From Candidatus Latescibacterota bacterium (GTDB lineage: Bacteria > Latescibacterota > UBA2968 > GCA-2709665): DNA of 64,000 nucleotides. The notes below the pieces were generated by a model. It had not been told where the DNA came from. It saw only the letters and a list, made by a program, of their open reading frames with translations, and did no database searches. The DNA lies in contig OZ252100.1 in assembly GCA_965248435.1 (NCBI GenBank), positions 5,504,001-5,568,000 on the forward strand, read 5' to 3'. Shown here in pieces: positions 1 through 8,683 of the stretch (positions are counted from its first letter, which is position 1; each line of letters starts with the position of its first letter). The translations under genes were made by a program, and so were the position numbers.

Positions 1-2
1 TG

Positions 3-152
3 GTATTCGTTTACGGAATGAACCTCGGGCTGAAAGGGGCCTGGATGGGCTACAACGCACTGATGGTCGCCAGACTCGCGACGCTTTCCCTCCGCTATCG
101 GGGTAACCGGTGGGTAGGGAGCTTGGTTGAGCGGGCGGAACCGCCTCCTTGA
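3..152 (+). CDS. C-terminal end of a probable MATE-family efflux transporter (partial, runs off the left edge)
   Basis: Frame from nt 3 reads VFVYGMNLGLKGAWMGYNALMVARLATLSLRYRGNRW...stop; the GLxGxW...R...W tail is typical of MATE C-termini. Confidence 0.6.
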   Translation, partial: VFVYGMNLGLKGAWMGYNALMVARLATLSLRYRGNRWVGSLVERAEPPP

Positions 153-189
153 CCTGGAACAACCCCGCACACGGGTTGTCGGCTTTCCC

Positions 190-218
190 TTGACAGGAGC
201 AACATGAGCGGTTAAATT
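190..218 (+). promoter_or_regulatory. sigma70-type promoter
   Basis: TTGACA-N17-TAAATT upstream of the ORF at 296. Confidence 0.55.
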
Positions 219-295
219 TCAGTGCAAACTCCGTGTTTAAACGATGATATCGGTCCTGAGAAGCTGACTCGGAGTACCACCAGGGGGTATTCACA

Positions 296-1645
296 ATGGC
301 TTTGTTCGGAAAAAAGGAGAAAGAGGCCAAGGGAAAAGCGGCCCCTTCTGAAGGGCTGTCTTTCAACCGGGTGCAGGTTGTATCGAAGCCCGAGATCCTG
401 GCAAAGCTCCTCAAGGGCCTCAAAGAGGAGGTCGTCGAAACAGACGTCGCCAGGGAAAAACTGAAGGCGGCATCCCTGGTCAGTGGCCGGGGTCGGGGAA
501 CGATTTATAACTACATCATGTACAATTTCAAGAAGGGGCCAAGGCCGGTTGTGATCGTGAGTTCCCCAAGGTCTCAAACGGGGGGAAATTTCGTGCCCGC
601 GGACAACCCCCTCGAACCCGGGGAGAAGATCGAGTTCACATACACCATGTCGCTGCCCGAGGCGGATGGGAACACGCTCTATTTCAGCGGTCGGGGGGCC
701 TACCTACAGACGGCGATCTATATTCCGAATCCCGAGGACCCGAGCAAACCCTGGATCGCCTCGAGGGAGATCACCGAAAAGAAGAAGGGCGCAGGGGCCT
801 TGAAGCAAGGAGAGGAAGTCTTGCAGGTTCGAGTCGACCAACTGACGGTCTATCCCCACGGTCCAGAATCTTTCACGAGCGATCAGTTTGGTCCTTACGT
901 CTTTGCTCCAAAGCTCTATGTGCTTGCAGGGGGTGGGGTTTGGGCCAAGCGGGGCGGGGCTGGCTACTTTGAGGGAATCCCGGACGATCTGAGCAAGTAT
1001 CTGGAAAAGGTCGAAGAGATGAAAACGATTTCCGGAATTACCCTGGTCGAGTTCGGCGTGGATCAGATCACGATGCTCGTCAACGAGCGTATGCTGGTCG
1101 GGATCGAACATGACTCTCTGCTTCCGTCTGTCCTGAAAAAGCCGAATGATCACCTGCAGCAGATCAATTCCGGACTGGGATTCCTTCTGAAGTTCGAGGT
1201 CGGAGACGGGGTGAAAGAGCTGATTATGAGGACCTTTCCACAGAAGGTCGGGAAGGAAGTGGAGATATACCTGCCGCTTACCTTGGGTTTCCTCACCGAG
1301 GCGGAACCCCCGAAAGAACGCGCGGTCTTCCAGGTTTTCCCCAGAGATCTGATCGTAGAGATCAACCCGGCACGCCGTAAGACCGCGCCGGGTCTGAAGT
1401 TTGTCCCGCCTTTCACCCTGCACCCGAACGCCGAGGACCAGAATACCTATCGAAAGCTGATGGTGGCGATTGGCCAGCGGATGAAGGATGACAGCCGCCC
1501 TGAAGAGGAGCGAAACAAGCTGGCATCTGTTCAGGCGCAGGTCATGCAGCGTCGGGAACAGACCAAGGGTAAGTACGTCGACGAAAAGATGAAGAAGGCG
1601 TTTCAGTCAAGACAGGAGGCCAGGAAACGAAAGGATCAGGCATAG
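296..1645 (+). CDS. hypothetical protein (449 aa)
   Basis: Long ORF with a promoter upstream and a terminator downstream; charged helical C-terminus; no family recognised. Confidence 0.8.
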   Translation: MALFGKKEKEAKGKAAPSEGLSFNRVQVVSKPEILAKLLKGLKEEVVETDVAREKLKAASLVSGRGRGTIYNYIMYNFKKGPRPVVIVSSPRSQTGGNFVPADNPLEPGEKIEFTYTMSLPEADGNTLYFSGRGAYLQTAIYIPNPEDPSKPWIASREITEKKKGAGALKQGEEVLQVRVDQLTVYPHGPESFTSDQFGPYVFAPKLYVLAGGGVWAKRGGAGYFEGIPDDLSKYLEKVEEMKTISGITLVEFGVDQITMLVNERMLVGIEHDSLLPSVLKKPNDHLQQINSGLGFLLKFEVGDGVKELIMRTFPQKVGKEVEIYLPLTLGFLTEAEPPKERAVFQVFPRDLIVEINPARRKTAPGLKFVPPFTLHPNAEDQNTYRKLMVAIGQRMKDDSRPEEERNKLASVQAQVMQRREQTKGKYVDEKMKKAFQSRQEARKRKDQA

Positions 1646-1676
1646 AGGGCGTTCGAGCCCCTCAACCTATCCGACG

Positions 1677-1717
1677 AACCGCCTGGTTAGGAGGTTTTCC
1701 TACCCGGGCGGTTTTTT
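1677..1717 (+). terminator. Rho-independent terminator
   Basis: ACCGCCTGGTTAGGA...TCCTACCCGGGCGGT hairpin followed by a T-run. Confidence 0.75.
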
Positions 1718-1744
1718 GTAACCGCACCAAAGAGAGGGGGCAGC

Positions 1745-2720
1745 TTGAAAATCGTATTGTTACCACCTGCCGGTAAGGAGTTCAGCGATCGAGTGAAAGA
1801 GGTCGCGCCTGAGGCAGACATTGTGGTGCACCCTGACGAAGAAACGGCGGTATCGGCCGTTGCAGATGCCGAGGTTATCCTGGGAGCCGTTCCGCCTCGC
1901 GAGGTCTTTCAGGCCGCGAAGCGGCTGCGTTGGTTTCAGACCGTATCTGCCGGGATGGATCGACTGTTCAAGATCCCTGAGCTTCGGGAAGGGGACTTCG
2001 CCCTTACGAACGGGAGTGGTCCACGGGACCCAGGTGGCCGAACTGGCGTGGGCGTTCACCTTGGCGCTTTTCAAGCAGATCCCAGCATTTTCTCGTAGCC
2101 AAAGCGCCCGGGAATGGGAAAGAGAGACACACAGGCCAAAGGATCTTTGCGGATCGACGGTAGGGATTGTCGGTTTCGGAGGGATCGGTCGCCAGTTTGC
2201 GAAGCGAGCTCTGGCATTCGAAATGCGTGTCCTGGCGGTGGACGTTCAGCCGTCTTCAAAGCCAGAGAACATAGAGGCTCTGTGGGGCATAAATCGACTC
2301 GATGACCTGCTTAAGGAGGCCGATGTGGTCTTCCTGGCCTGTCCGCATACTCCGGAGACAGATAAGCTCATCGACGCCCGGGCGCTTCGGCTAATGAAAA
2401 AGAGCGCCTTCCTCGTGAACACCGCCAGAGGTGGGATCGTGGATGAGGCTGCGCTCGTTGCGGCGCTTCGCGAACGAGAGATTTCGGGGGCAGGCCTGGA
2501 TGTGTTTGAAGAAGAACCCTTGCCTGAAAGCAGTCCACTGTGGGAAATGGAGAACGTAATGCTCACGCCTCACGTGGCGGGTGGGTCGGTGCACAGGCCC
2601 GGGCGAGTGATCGATCTATTTTGTGAGAACCTGAGTCGTTACCTTGCGGGGTCTTCGCTTCTGAATGAGGTAGACAGGAAACTGGGGTACCCTCGTACGG
2701 ACCAGCGGGTGGGCTACTAG
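1745..2720 (+). pseudogene. D-2-hydroxyacid dehydrogenase, frameshifted near 2020
   Basis: N-half in ORF 1745-2098 (...SAGMD...LTNGSG); C-half in ORF 1821-2720 (HGTQVAE, GIVGFGGIG, NTARG, LDVFEEEP, TPHVAG); frames switch at AGTGGTCCAC. Confidence 0.85.
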
Positions 2721-2735
2721 CGTCCAAGGTGTTCA

Positions 2736-4070
2736 ATGGCAGAGATCAGACCGTTTCGTGGGATTCGCTACAACATCGACCGCATAGAGGATATGGCGCG
2801 CGTCGTCGCTCCTCCATACGACGTGATTGATGACGAGCTTCAGCGATCGCTGCACGAAGCGCATCCCCACAACATCGTTCGGCTCATCAGGGGTCTGGAC
2901 GAACCCAATGATTCCAGAACGAAGAACCGTTACACACGGGCGGCCGACTCCTACGCAGGCTGGCAGCGTGAAGGTGTCCTCGAGCGAGATTCCGAGGAGG
3001 GGTTCTATCTCTACAATCAGGATTTCGAAATTGCAGGTCCTGCAGGACCTGCTCGAAAGTCGAGGTTAGGGCTGGTCGCGCTCGTGAACGCCGAGGTCTT
3101 TGGTGAGGGTCAGGTCCTCCCACACGAGTATACCATGCCTGCGCCGAAGGCGGACCGGTTGGAGCTGATGCGCCACACGCAAGCGGCATTCGGCCAGATT
3201 TTTTCTCTCTATTCCGACCCACAGGGCGGCGTCCGAAGGGCCGTTAGGCGTCATCTGGAGACGCCACCCCTTTTCTCGTTTACAGATCCTGAGGGCGTAA
3301 CGCACAGTTTCTGGAGAATCACGGATCGGTCTACTATCGGCAAAGTGAGAGAGCGGCTGTCCTCCAAGCAGCTTTTCATCGCTGACGGACACCACAGATA
3401 CGAAACCGCAGTGGCCTACAAACAGGAACGCGCCGTAGCCGAAAAGGCAGGTGCAGAAGATCGAGCATACGAATACTCCATGCAGACACTGGTAAACATG
3501 GACGATCCGGAAGGGATGGCGATCAATCCGATTCATCGTGTCGTCTTTAATCTTGGCGAGGACGGGCCGAGCAAGCTGGCATCTGGACTGCGAGCGCTCT
3601 TTGAAACGGAAAGCCGCCTTTTCACTGGAGTCCAGGAAGTCCGGCAGGAACTCTTGAGAAGAAGGAGGCACGGACACCCGGTGTTCGCATTCGTGGGAGG
3701 GGGGGATCGGGAAGTCCATTACCTGCGTCTCAAGCCCTCGGTAGATGTATCAGAACTGGATCGAGGAGGACATTCCGATGCCTGGCAGAGCCTTGGTTCC
3801 GGGCTGTTGCAGCTCGTCCTTTCGCACGTTCTGGACCTCGATACCGAAACGCTGATTCGGGGCGAGAAAGTAAAATTCGTGAAGGTGGAGTCAGAGGTCA
3901 TGAGGCTGCTGAAAGAAGCGCCTGATCGGGCGGGGTTCTTCCTGAACCCTGTGGAGATGGGACAGTTACGCGAAGTCGTCCTGAGCGGAGAACGTATGCC
4001 CCCCAAGTCGACCTTTTTTTATCCCAAGGTCTACAGCGGTCTGGTCATTCAGGATCTTCAGTCATTCTAG
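2736..4070 (+). CDS. DUF1015 family protein
   Basis: IRPFRGIRY, APPYDVI, PHE, IADGHHRYETA and MPPKSTFFYPK motifs. Confidence 0.92.
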   Translation: MAEIRPFRGIRYNIDRIEDMARVVAPPYDVIDDELQRSLHEAHPHNIVRLIRGLDEPNDSRTKNRYTRAADSYAGWQREGVLERDSEEGFYLYNQDFEIAGPAGPARKSRLGLVALVNAEVFGEGQVLPHEYTMPAPKADRLELMRHTQAAFGQIFSLYSDPQGGVRRAVRRHLETPPLFSFTDPEGVTHSFWRITDRSTIGKVRERLSSKQLFIADGHHRYETAVAYKQERAVAEKAGAEDRAYEYSMQTLVNMDDPEGMAINPIHRVVFNLGEDGPSKLASGLRALFETESRLFTGVQEVRQELLRRRRHGHPVFAFVGGGDREVHYLRLKPSVDVSELDRGGHSDAWQSLGSGLLQLVLSHVLDLDTETLIRGEKVKFVKVESEVMRLLKEAPDRAGFFLNPVEMGQLREVVLSGERMPPKSTFFYPKVYSGLVIQDLQSF

Positions 4071-4162
4071 ATTGCCAACGAACGGTTGGCCCTGAACCAT
4101 CTATTGCAGAAGGGCGGTTCAATCCGAGACAGGGTAATTCTCCTAAAAGCAGGGGCAGATCG

Positions 4163-4192
4163 CGTAGGGGCACGGCAAGCCGTGCCCCTACG
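4163..4192. repeat. GTAG-type REP-like perfect palindrome
   Basis: CGTAGGGGCACGGC-AA-GCCGTGCCCCTACG, 14-bp arms, intergenic. Confidence 0.7.
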
Positions 4193-4263
4193 TCTACTCA
4201 AGGCACCTGAGCAGGTGTCAGCAGAAAGGTCCGGGTGATTTTATTAGCCTGACAGTCTTCGGC

Positions 4264-5091
4264 ATGGTGCTCGTTGCTGCGATCGCACACTCGGTATGGA
4301 ATTTTGCCGCAAGAAAGGTGGCTGGGAATGTGGGAGTGATCTGGCTCTCGGCCTGGGCTGCTGGCATTTTCTTACTTCCGTTTGCGATCGCCGTTCCCGT
4401 GTCTATGGAGTCCGTCGTGCGGGTTCTGCCTTTTGTGCTGGGAACAGGCATAATTCATTCGATCTACTTCCTGTTGATTGCCAAGTCGTATGAGAAGGGA
4501 GAGATCTCTTTTGTGTATCCCGTTGCACGGGGCACCGGTGTCGCTCTGACAGCAGTCTTGGCGGTGGTCATCGTTCGGGAAGAGATTTCGTGGACGGGTG
4601 GGCTCGGGGTCATCGCCATAACAGCGGGCATTCTCCTCCTGGGGCTGAATAGCTCACAGGCCGACGGAAAACTCGCGACGGGACTCTACGCGCTGTGTGT
4701 CGGTTCGACGATCGCTGGCTACTCCATCGTGGATAAATTGGGGGTTGAACGGATTCATCCTGTCTTGTATCTATGTGCAATTTTCCTTCTCTCGGGGCTG
4801 TTTTTGTCTCCGTATGTAATCGTGCGTCATACCCAGGTTTGTTTAGAAGCCATAAATGGACTCAAGAAATATATTCTGATCATAGGCTTGGGTTCGTTGA
4901 CATCATATTTGATCATTCTCTCCTGTTTTCAGATCGGCAATGTCAGTTACATCGTCGCCGTCCGGGAATTTGGGGTTGTGATCGGTTCAGCGTTGGGGTT
5001 TGTTTTCCTTAAAGAGGAGCTGACGCCAAGAAAGGGTCTGGGCATCGTTGTGATTACGCTGGGCATGATGATCGTGAAATTCGGTGGATGA
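4264..5091 (+). CDS. EamA/DMT family transporter
   Basis: About 10 hydrophobic segments; HSVWN, YPVARG, YSIVDK and AVRE motifs. Confidence 0.9.
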   Translation: MVLVAAIAHSVWNFAARKVAGNVGVIWLSAWAAGIFLLPFAIAVPVSMESVVRVLPFVLGTGIIHSIYFLLIAKSYEKGEISFVYPVARGTGVALTAVLAVVIVREEISWTGGLGVIAITAGILLLGLNSSQADGKLATGLYALCVGSTIAGYSIVDKLGVERIHPVLYLCAIFLLSGLFLSPYVIVRHTQVCLEAINGLKKYILIIGLGSLTSYLIILSCFQIGNVSYIVAVREFGVVIGSALGFVFLKEELTPRKGLGIVVITLGMMIVKFGG

Positions 5092-5276
5092 CGAGGGCTT
5101 CTCAGCCTCACGAATGACCAAAAATCGCTTTACAGGGTGTTGGGGCTTGCCTATCTTGGATATCACTGTCCAGGCTGAGATTTGCCTTAAGTGATTCTGA
5201 AAATATATTGTGGGACAATACACTACAGGCGTTCCCCGTTGGACTCCTTTCAAGTGTTTCCTGCCGGACCGATCAC

Positions 5277-7829
5277 ATGTCGAAACCCGCTCTCTTCGTC
5301 ATCCCGTTTTCCCGTCTGACCCGCTTTGGGCTGGGCGATGAAGAGGCGTGCCTCTCGAGGGGGGTAGGGGTTATCTCGAAGGCGCTCAGCCTGCTGGAAA
5401 ACCGCCCTGAATTTCACCTTCTGATAGAAACCTTGGTATTTGTCGACCACTATCTGAAGGTTCACCCCGAGGACGTGAATCGGGTTCGAAAGCACATCGC
5501 CGATGGTCGTCTGGAGGTGGGTGCAGCCTGGGCTGAGATCGGCCAGAATTTACAGATCGGGGAGGATCTGATTCGAAACCTGATCTATGGGAATCGATTT
5601 GCCGAGGAGACGCTTCACGTCACCCCCCGCGCGGTGCATGTGGGCGCAGCACCCGGATGGACCCCACAATTCCCGCAGATTGCGAGGAAGAGCGGGCTTT
5701 CGGAAGCCGTTTTTACGAGGTGCGGTCCAAGGGGAGAGTCGCTGCGTCGATGGGAAGGCCTGGACGGGTCGCAAATCGGGGTTTGGCACGCGGTGTTTGG
5801 CCACGATCTGCTCTGGGAGCGGGTTCGAGGGTCGAAGCGTGGAGGGGACGAGTTGAGGGAATTGGACAAGACCTCGCATCTGCCCATCCATTGGGGCAGT
5901 GAGTTGGTGCAGTTTTCCGAAGAGAGCCTGGATGCGCTTCAGGAATGGGCGAAAGCGGAAGGCGTGGAGATCACTCTAGGGACGTTTGGAACGTTTGCTG
6001 AGACGGAGCCTTTCCACGACTCGCTCCCCGTGTGGTCTGGAGAGATCCCCACATTACGTCCGTTCGTCGAATCCCTCTATCCCGGGGTCGTGCCTCTGGG
6101 TGTCCCAGCGGTGCACGCCCTCCTGAGGGCTGAGCAGATGGCCACGGCGGCACTTACGCTGTGTGGGCTCCCTTACCCGGCCGGCCCGATCCAGAAGACG
6201 TGGCTTCGACAGCTGAGTGCGATGGACCTCTACTTTGACGGTCCCGGGCTATCCGAGGTCCTCAGTCGAAAGTGGCAATCCCAACAGATGACCATCTGGA
6301 CGGCGGAGGAGGTCTTGCGGTCTGCCGAGATATGCATCGCGGAGGGCATACGGCCCCAAGAGGGTCCCCCGGGAACCCTCCCTATGGTGGTTTTCAACTC
6401 GCTTTCCTGGTCAAGGACAGATCTTGCAGAGGCGCACGCGGTGTTTTACGGTGAGTCCGATGCAACCGATTTCAGTCGCTACGAGAGATATAAGGTAGTA
6501 GACGCCGACGGCAAGACAGTCTCCACGCAGGAGCTTGAAAGCCGACAGACCGAGACTGCGGAGGTTCGATTCATCTTTATGGCCACCGACGTCCCCCCGA
6601 ACGGATATGCTACATACTACCTGATTCCGGATGTGCCTGAGTCGGGTCGGGTCGTGAATATCGAGTCGCCAGGAATGATGCATCCCGATTTTCCCGAGCC
6701 GAAATTCGTCATCGACGACGCAGAGGATCGGATCTCTGAACCCTACCGTGGAGTGCGGATCGGGCGCAGGCTGGCAAGCCGATTCTACACGCTGGATGTG
6801 GACGAGGTCACCGGGCGTGTCTCGCTGATCGACCGTAACTCGGACCGAATGCTCCTTGGAGGGATCCACCTGGTGGGCCGGGAAGAATCGATGAATGAGG
6901 GCCTCGACCAGTACGACTATACCGGGAGGCGCTTCGAGATGGATGTGGACCGAGTGGAGTTGGAAGAGAGCGGCGAGGTTCGTGCCACACTGGCGATCGA
7001 CGGGCGAATTCTGAATTCTCCCTTTCAGTCCAGGATAACCATTTACGGGGCCTTGAATCGGGTGGACCTCAGCGTGCGTCTCCAGTGGCAGGATGACAAG
7101 CCGGTTCGGGTCCAGGTCGTCTTCCCCGTGGAGTTTGAGGGTGAAACGGTTCATTATGGGGTAGCCTACGGCCACAATGAGCTTGAAAACGTAATGCAGG
7201 GATCCGATCCCTGGCGAAACGGAGATATCCGTCCCGAATCGTGGGCGAAGCAGCGCGAATGTCAGGGATGGGTCGCAATCGAATCCCAGGGTTTCGGCGC
7301 TGTGCTCGCCAGCAACAGGAGGGCGTTCGAGTTCGAAGCGGGCGAGATGCGGTCCGATATTTTGCGCTCCTGCCTCGACCCTTCTTCCTTTGCCTATCGG
7401 AGGGTATGGCGGTCCTATCCTCACGTTTGCACGAGTCATTACAGCATCAGGAGCTACACGGGAGATTTTAGGGAAGGTCTCGTCCACCGGGATGGTTGGT
7501 CTCTGAATCAGCCCCTCAGCGTCAGGGTTGTTTACGGTTCCGGGTGTGAGGGTGGCCTGCCAGACCAGTTGAGTTTTGTATCACTGGAGGGAGAAGGCGT
7601 CGTTACGACAGTCGTCAAGCCCGCGGAAGAAGGGGAGGGAATTGTCATTCGGGCTTTTGAAACCCTGGGCCGTCGCACATCTGCGAGTATTTCTTCCTAC
7701 TGTGAGATCGATTCGGCTACGGAATCGGATTTTCTGGAACGACCCATAAAGGTCGTGGATCCGAACTGTCTGGAATTTTCTCCGTTCGAAATCAAGACTG
7801 TTCGGCTTGTTTTAAGAGGGAGTGCATGA
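5277..7829 (+). CDS. GH38 alpha-mannosidase-like protein with degenerate active site
   Basis: GEDLIRNLIYG, PQFPQI, WEGLDGS, VVFNSLSWSR and C-terminal KPAE...IRAFET...PFEIKT are GH38-like; HxD metal ligands and nucleophile Asp appear absent. Start taken at MSKP. Confidence 0.75.
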   Translation: MSKPALFVIPFSRLTRFGLGDEEACLSRGVGVISKALSLLENRPEFHLLIETLVFVDHYLKVHPEDVNRVRKHIADGRLEVGAAWAEIGQNLQIGEDLIRNLIYGNRFAEETLHVTPRAVHVGAAPGWTPQFPQIARKSGLSEAVFTRCGPRGESLRRWEGLDGSQIGVWHAVFGHDLLWERVRGSKRGGDELRELDKTSHLPIHWGSELVQFSEESLDALQEWAKAEGVEITLGTFGTFAETEPFHDSLPVWSGEIPTLRPFVESLYPGVVPLGVPAVHALLRAEQMATAALTLCGLPYPAGPIQKTWLRQLSAMDLYFDGPGLSEVLSRKWQSQQMTIWTAEEVLRSAEICIAEGIRPQEGPPGTLPMVVFNSLSWSRTDLAEAHAVFYGESDATDFSRYERYKVVDADGKTVSTQELESRQTETAEVRFIFMATDVPPNGYATYYLIPDVPESGRVVNIESPGMMHPDFPEPKFVIDDAEDRISEPYRGVRIGRRLASRFYTLDVDEVTGRVSLIDRNSDRMLLGGIHLVGREESMNEGLDQYDYTGRRFEMDVDRVELEESGEVRATLAIDGRILNSPFQSRITIYGALNRVDLSVRLQWQDDKPVRVQVVFPVEFEGETVHYGVAYGHNELENVMQGSDPWRNGDIRPESWAKQRECQGWVAIESQGFGAVLASNRRAFEFEAGEMRSDILRSCLDPSSFAYRRVWRSYPHVCTSHYSIRSYTGDFREGLVHRDGWSLNQPLSVRVVYGSGCEGGLPDQLSFVSLEGEGVVTTVVKPAEEGEGIVIRAFETLGRRTSASISSYCEIDSATESDFLERPIKVVDPNCLEFSPFEIKTVRLVLRGSA

Positions 7830-8683
7830 GTCTAAGCGATCTGAGCGGGCAACCCTCCCTGAGCCGCCTGCTGGACCGGAGCGAGATTCCGTCTCGCGCA
7901 GTAGGTATCTTCTGGCTTGGGGGGCCTTCGCTTGTCCTGAAGAGCCCATCTCAAAGGGTCTATCTGTTTGATCCGGAATTTTCCAACTGGAATGGTCGTA
8001 TCCCCGTCGGGGCGATCGACGTGCGGCCTGACGTTGTGATTGGGACCGGAGTGAGCCGATCTGGCCTCGACATTTCTACGCTAACCCGTCTGGCTGCGGC
8101 CTTCCCGGAGGTGCGGTTCGTCGCCTCTGAGGCGAGCAGGGACGAGATGATCGGTCGATCGGGGCACGTTTCGGATGAGGTTCCCATTAATCCTGCACGC
8201 GTGCACGAAATAACATCTGGCGATCGCCTCAACGTCAGGCGCTTGGGGATCCGGGATTCGTTGTCTGTTGATTTCGTGCTGGACGAAGCACATCCACCAG
8301 AGGCAGCCCTGGACCTTGTCATAAACATTTCTGGAATCAGGCTCTGTCTGATTCGGGGATCCTGCAGCCCGGAGGGCCTGGAACGGCACGCGGCCAAAAA
8401 TCGTCGGATTGATGTCGTGATCTGGACCCTGGAGAGCGAAAATCTAGACCCGGTCTGCGAGGCGGTGGCCAAACTCCACCCCCGCAACGTGATCCCAATC
8501 GGCTACGATCGTCTGGCCGGGGGTGTATCGGTTGCGAAGCAGTTCAAAGCGGTTGTTAGCCTAGTTCGAGGTGTCAAGGTCTACCTGTTTCCGGAGGACT
8601 ATCTGGAAGGGTTTTTATATTCCAGGATCATGAGCCGGCAGGGATCGCAACAACGTAACACGAATCGGAATCGCCGAGAATGA
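7826..8683 (+). CDS. MBL-fold (UlaG-like) protein lacking the HxHxDH motif
   Basis: IFWLG, YLFDP, PDVVIGT and HPRNVIP scaffold; overlaps both neighbours (ATGA). Confidence 0.6.
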   Translation: MSLSDLSGQPSLSRLLDRSEIPSRAVGIFWLGGPSLVLKSPSQRVYLFDPEFSNWNGRIPVGAIDVRPDVVIGTGVSRSGLDISTLTRLAAAFPEVRFVASEASRDEMIGRSGHVSDEVPINPARVHEITSGDRLNVRRLGIRDSLSVDFVLDEAHPPEAALDLVINISGIRLCLIRGSCSPEGLERHAAKNRRIDVVIWTLESENLDPVCEAVAKLHPRNVIPIGYDRLAGGVSVAKQFKAVVSLVRGVKVYLFPEDYLEGFLYSRIMSRQGSQQRNTNRNRRE

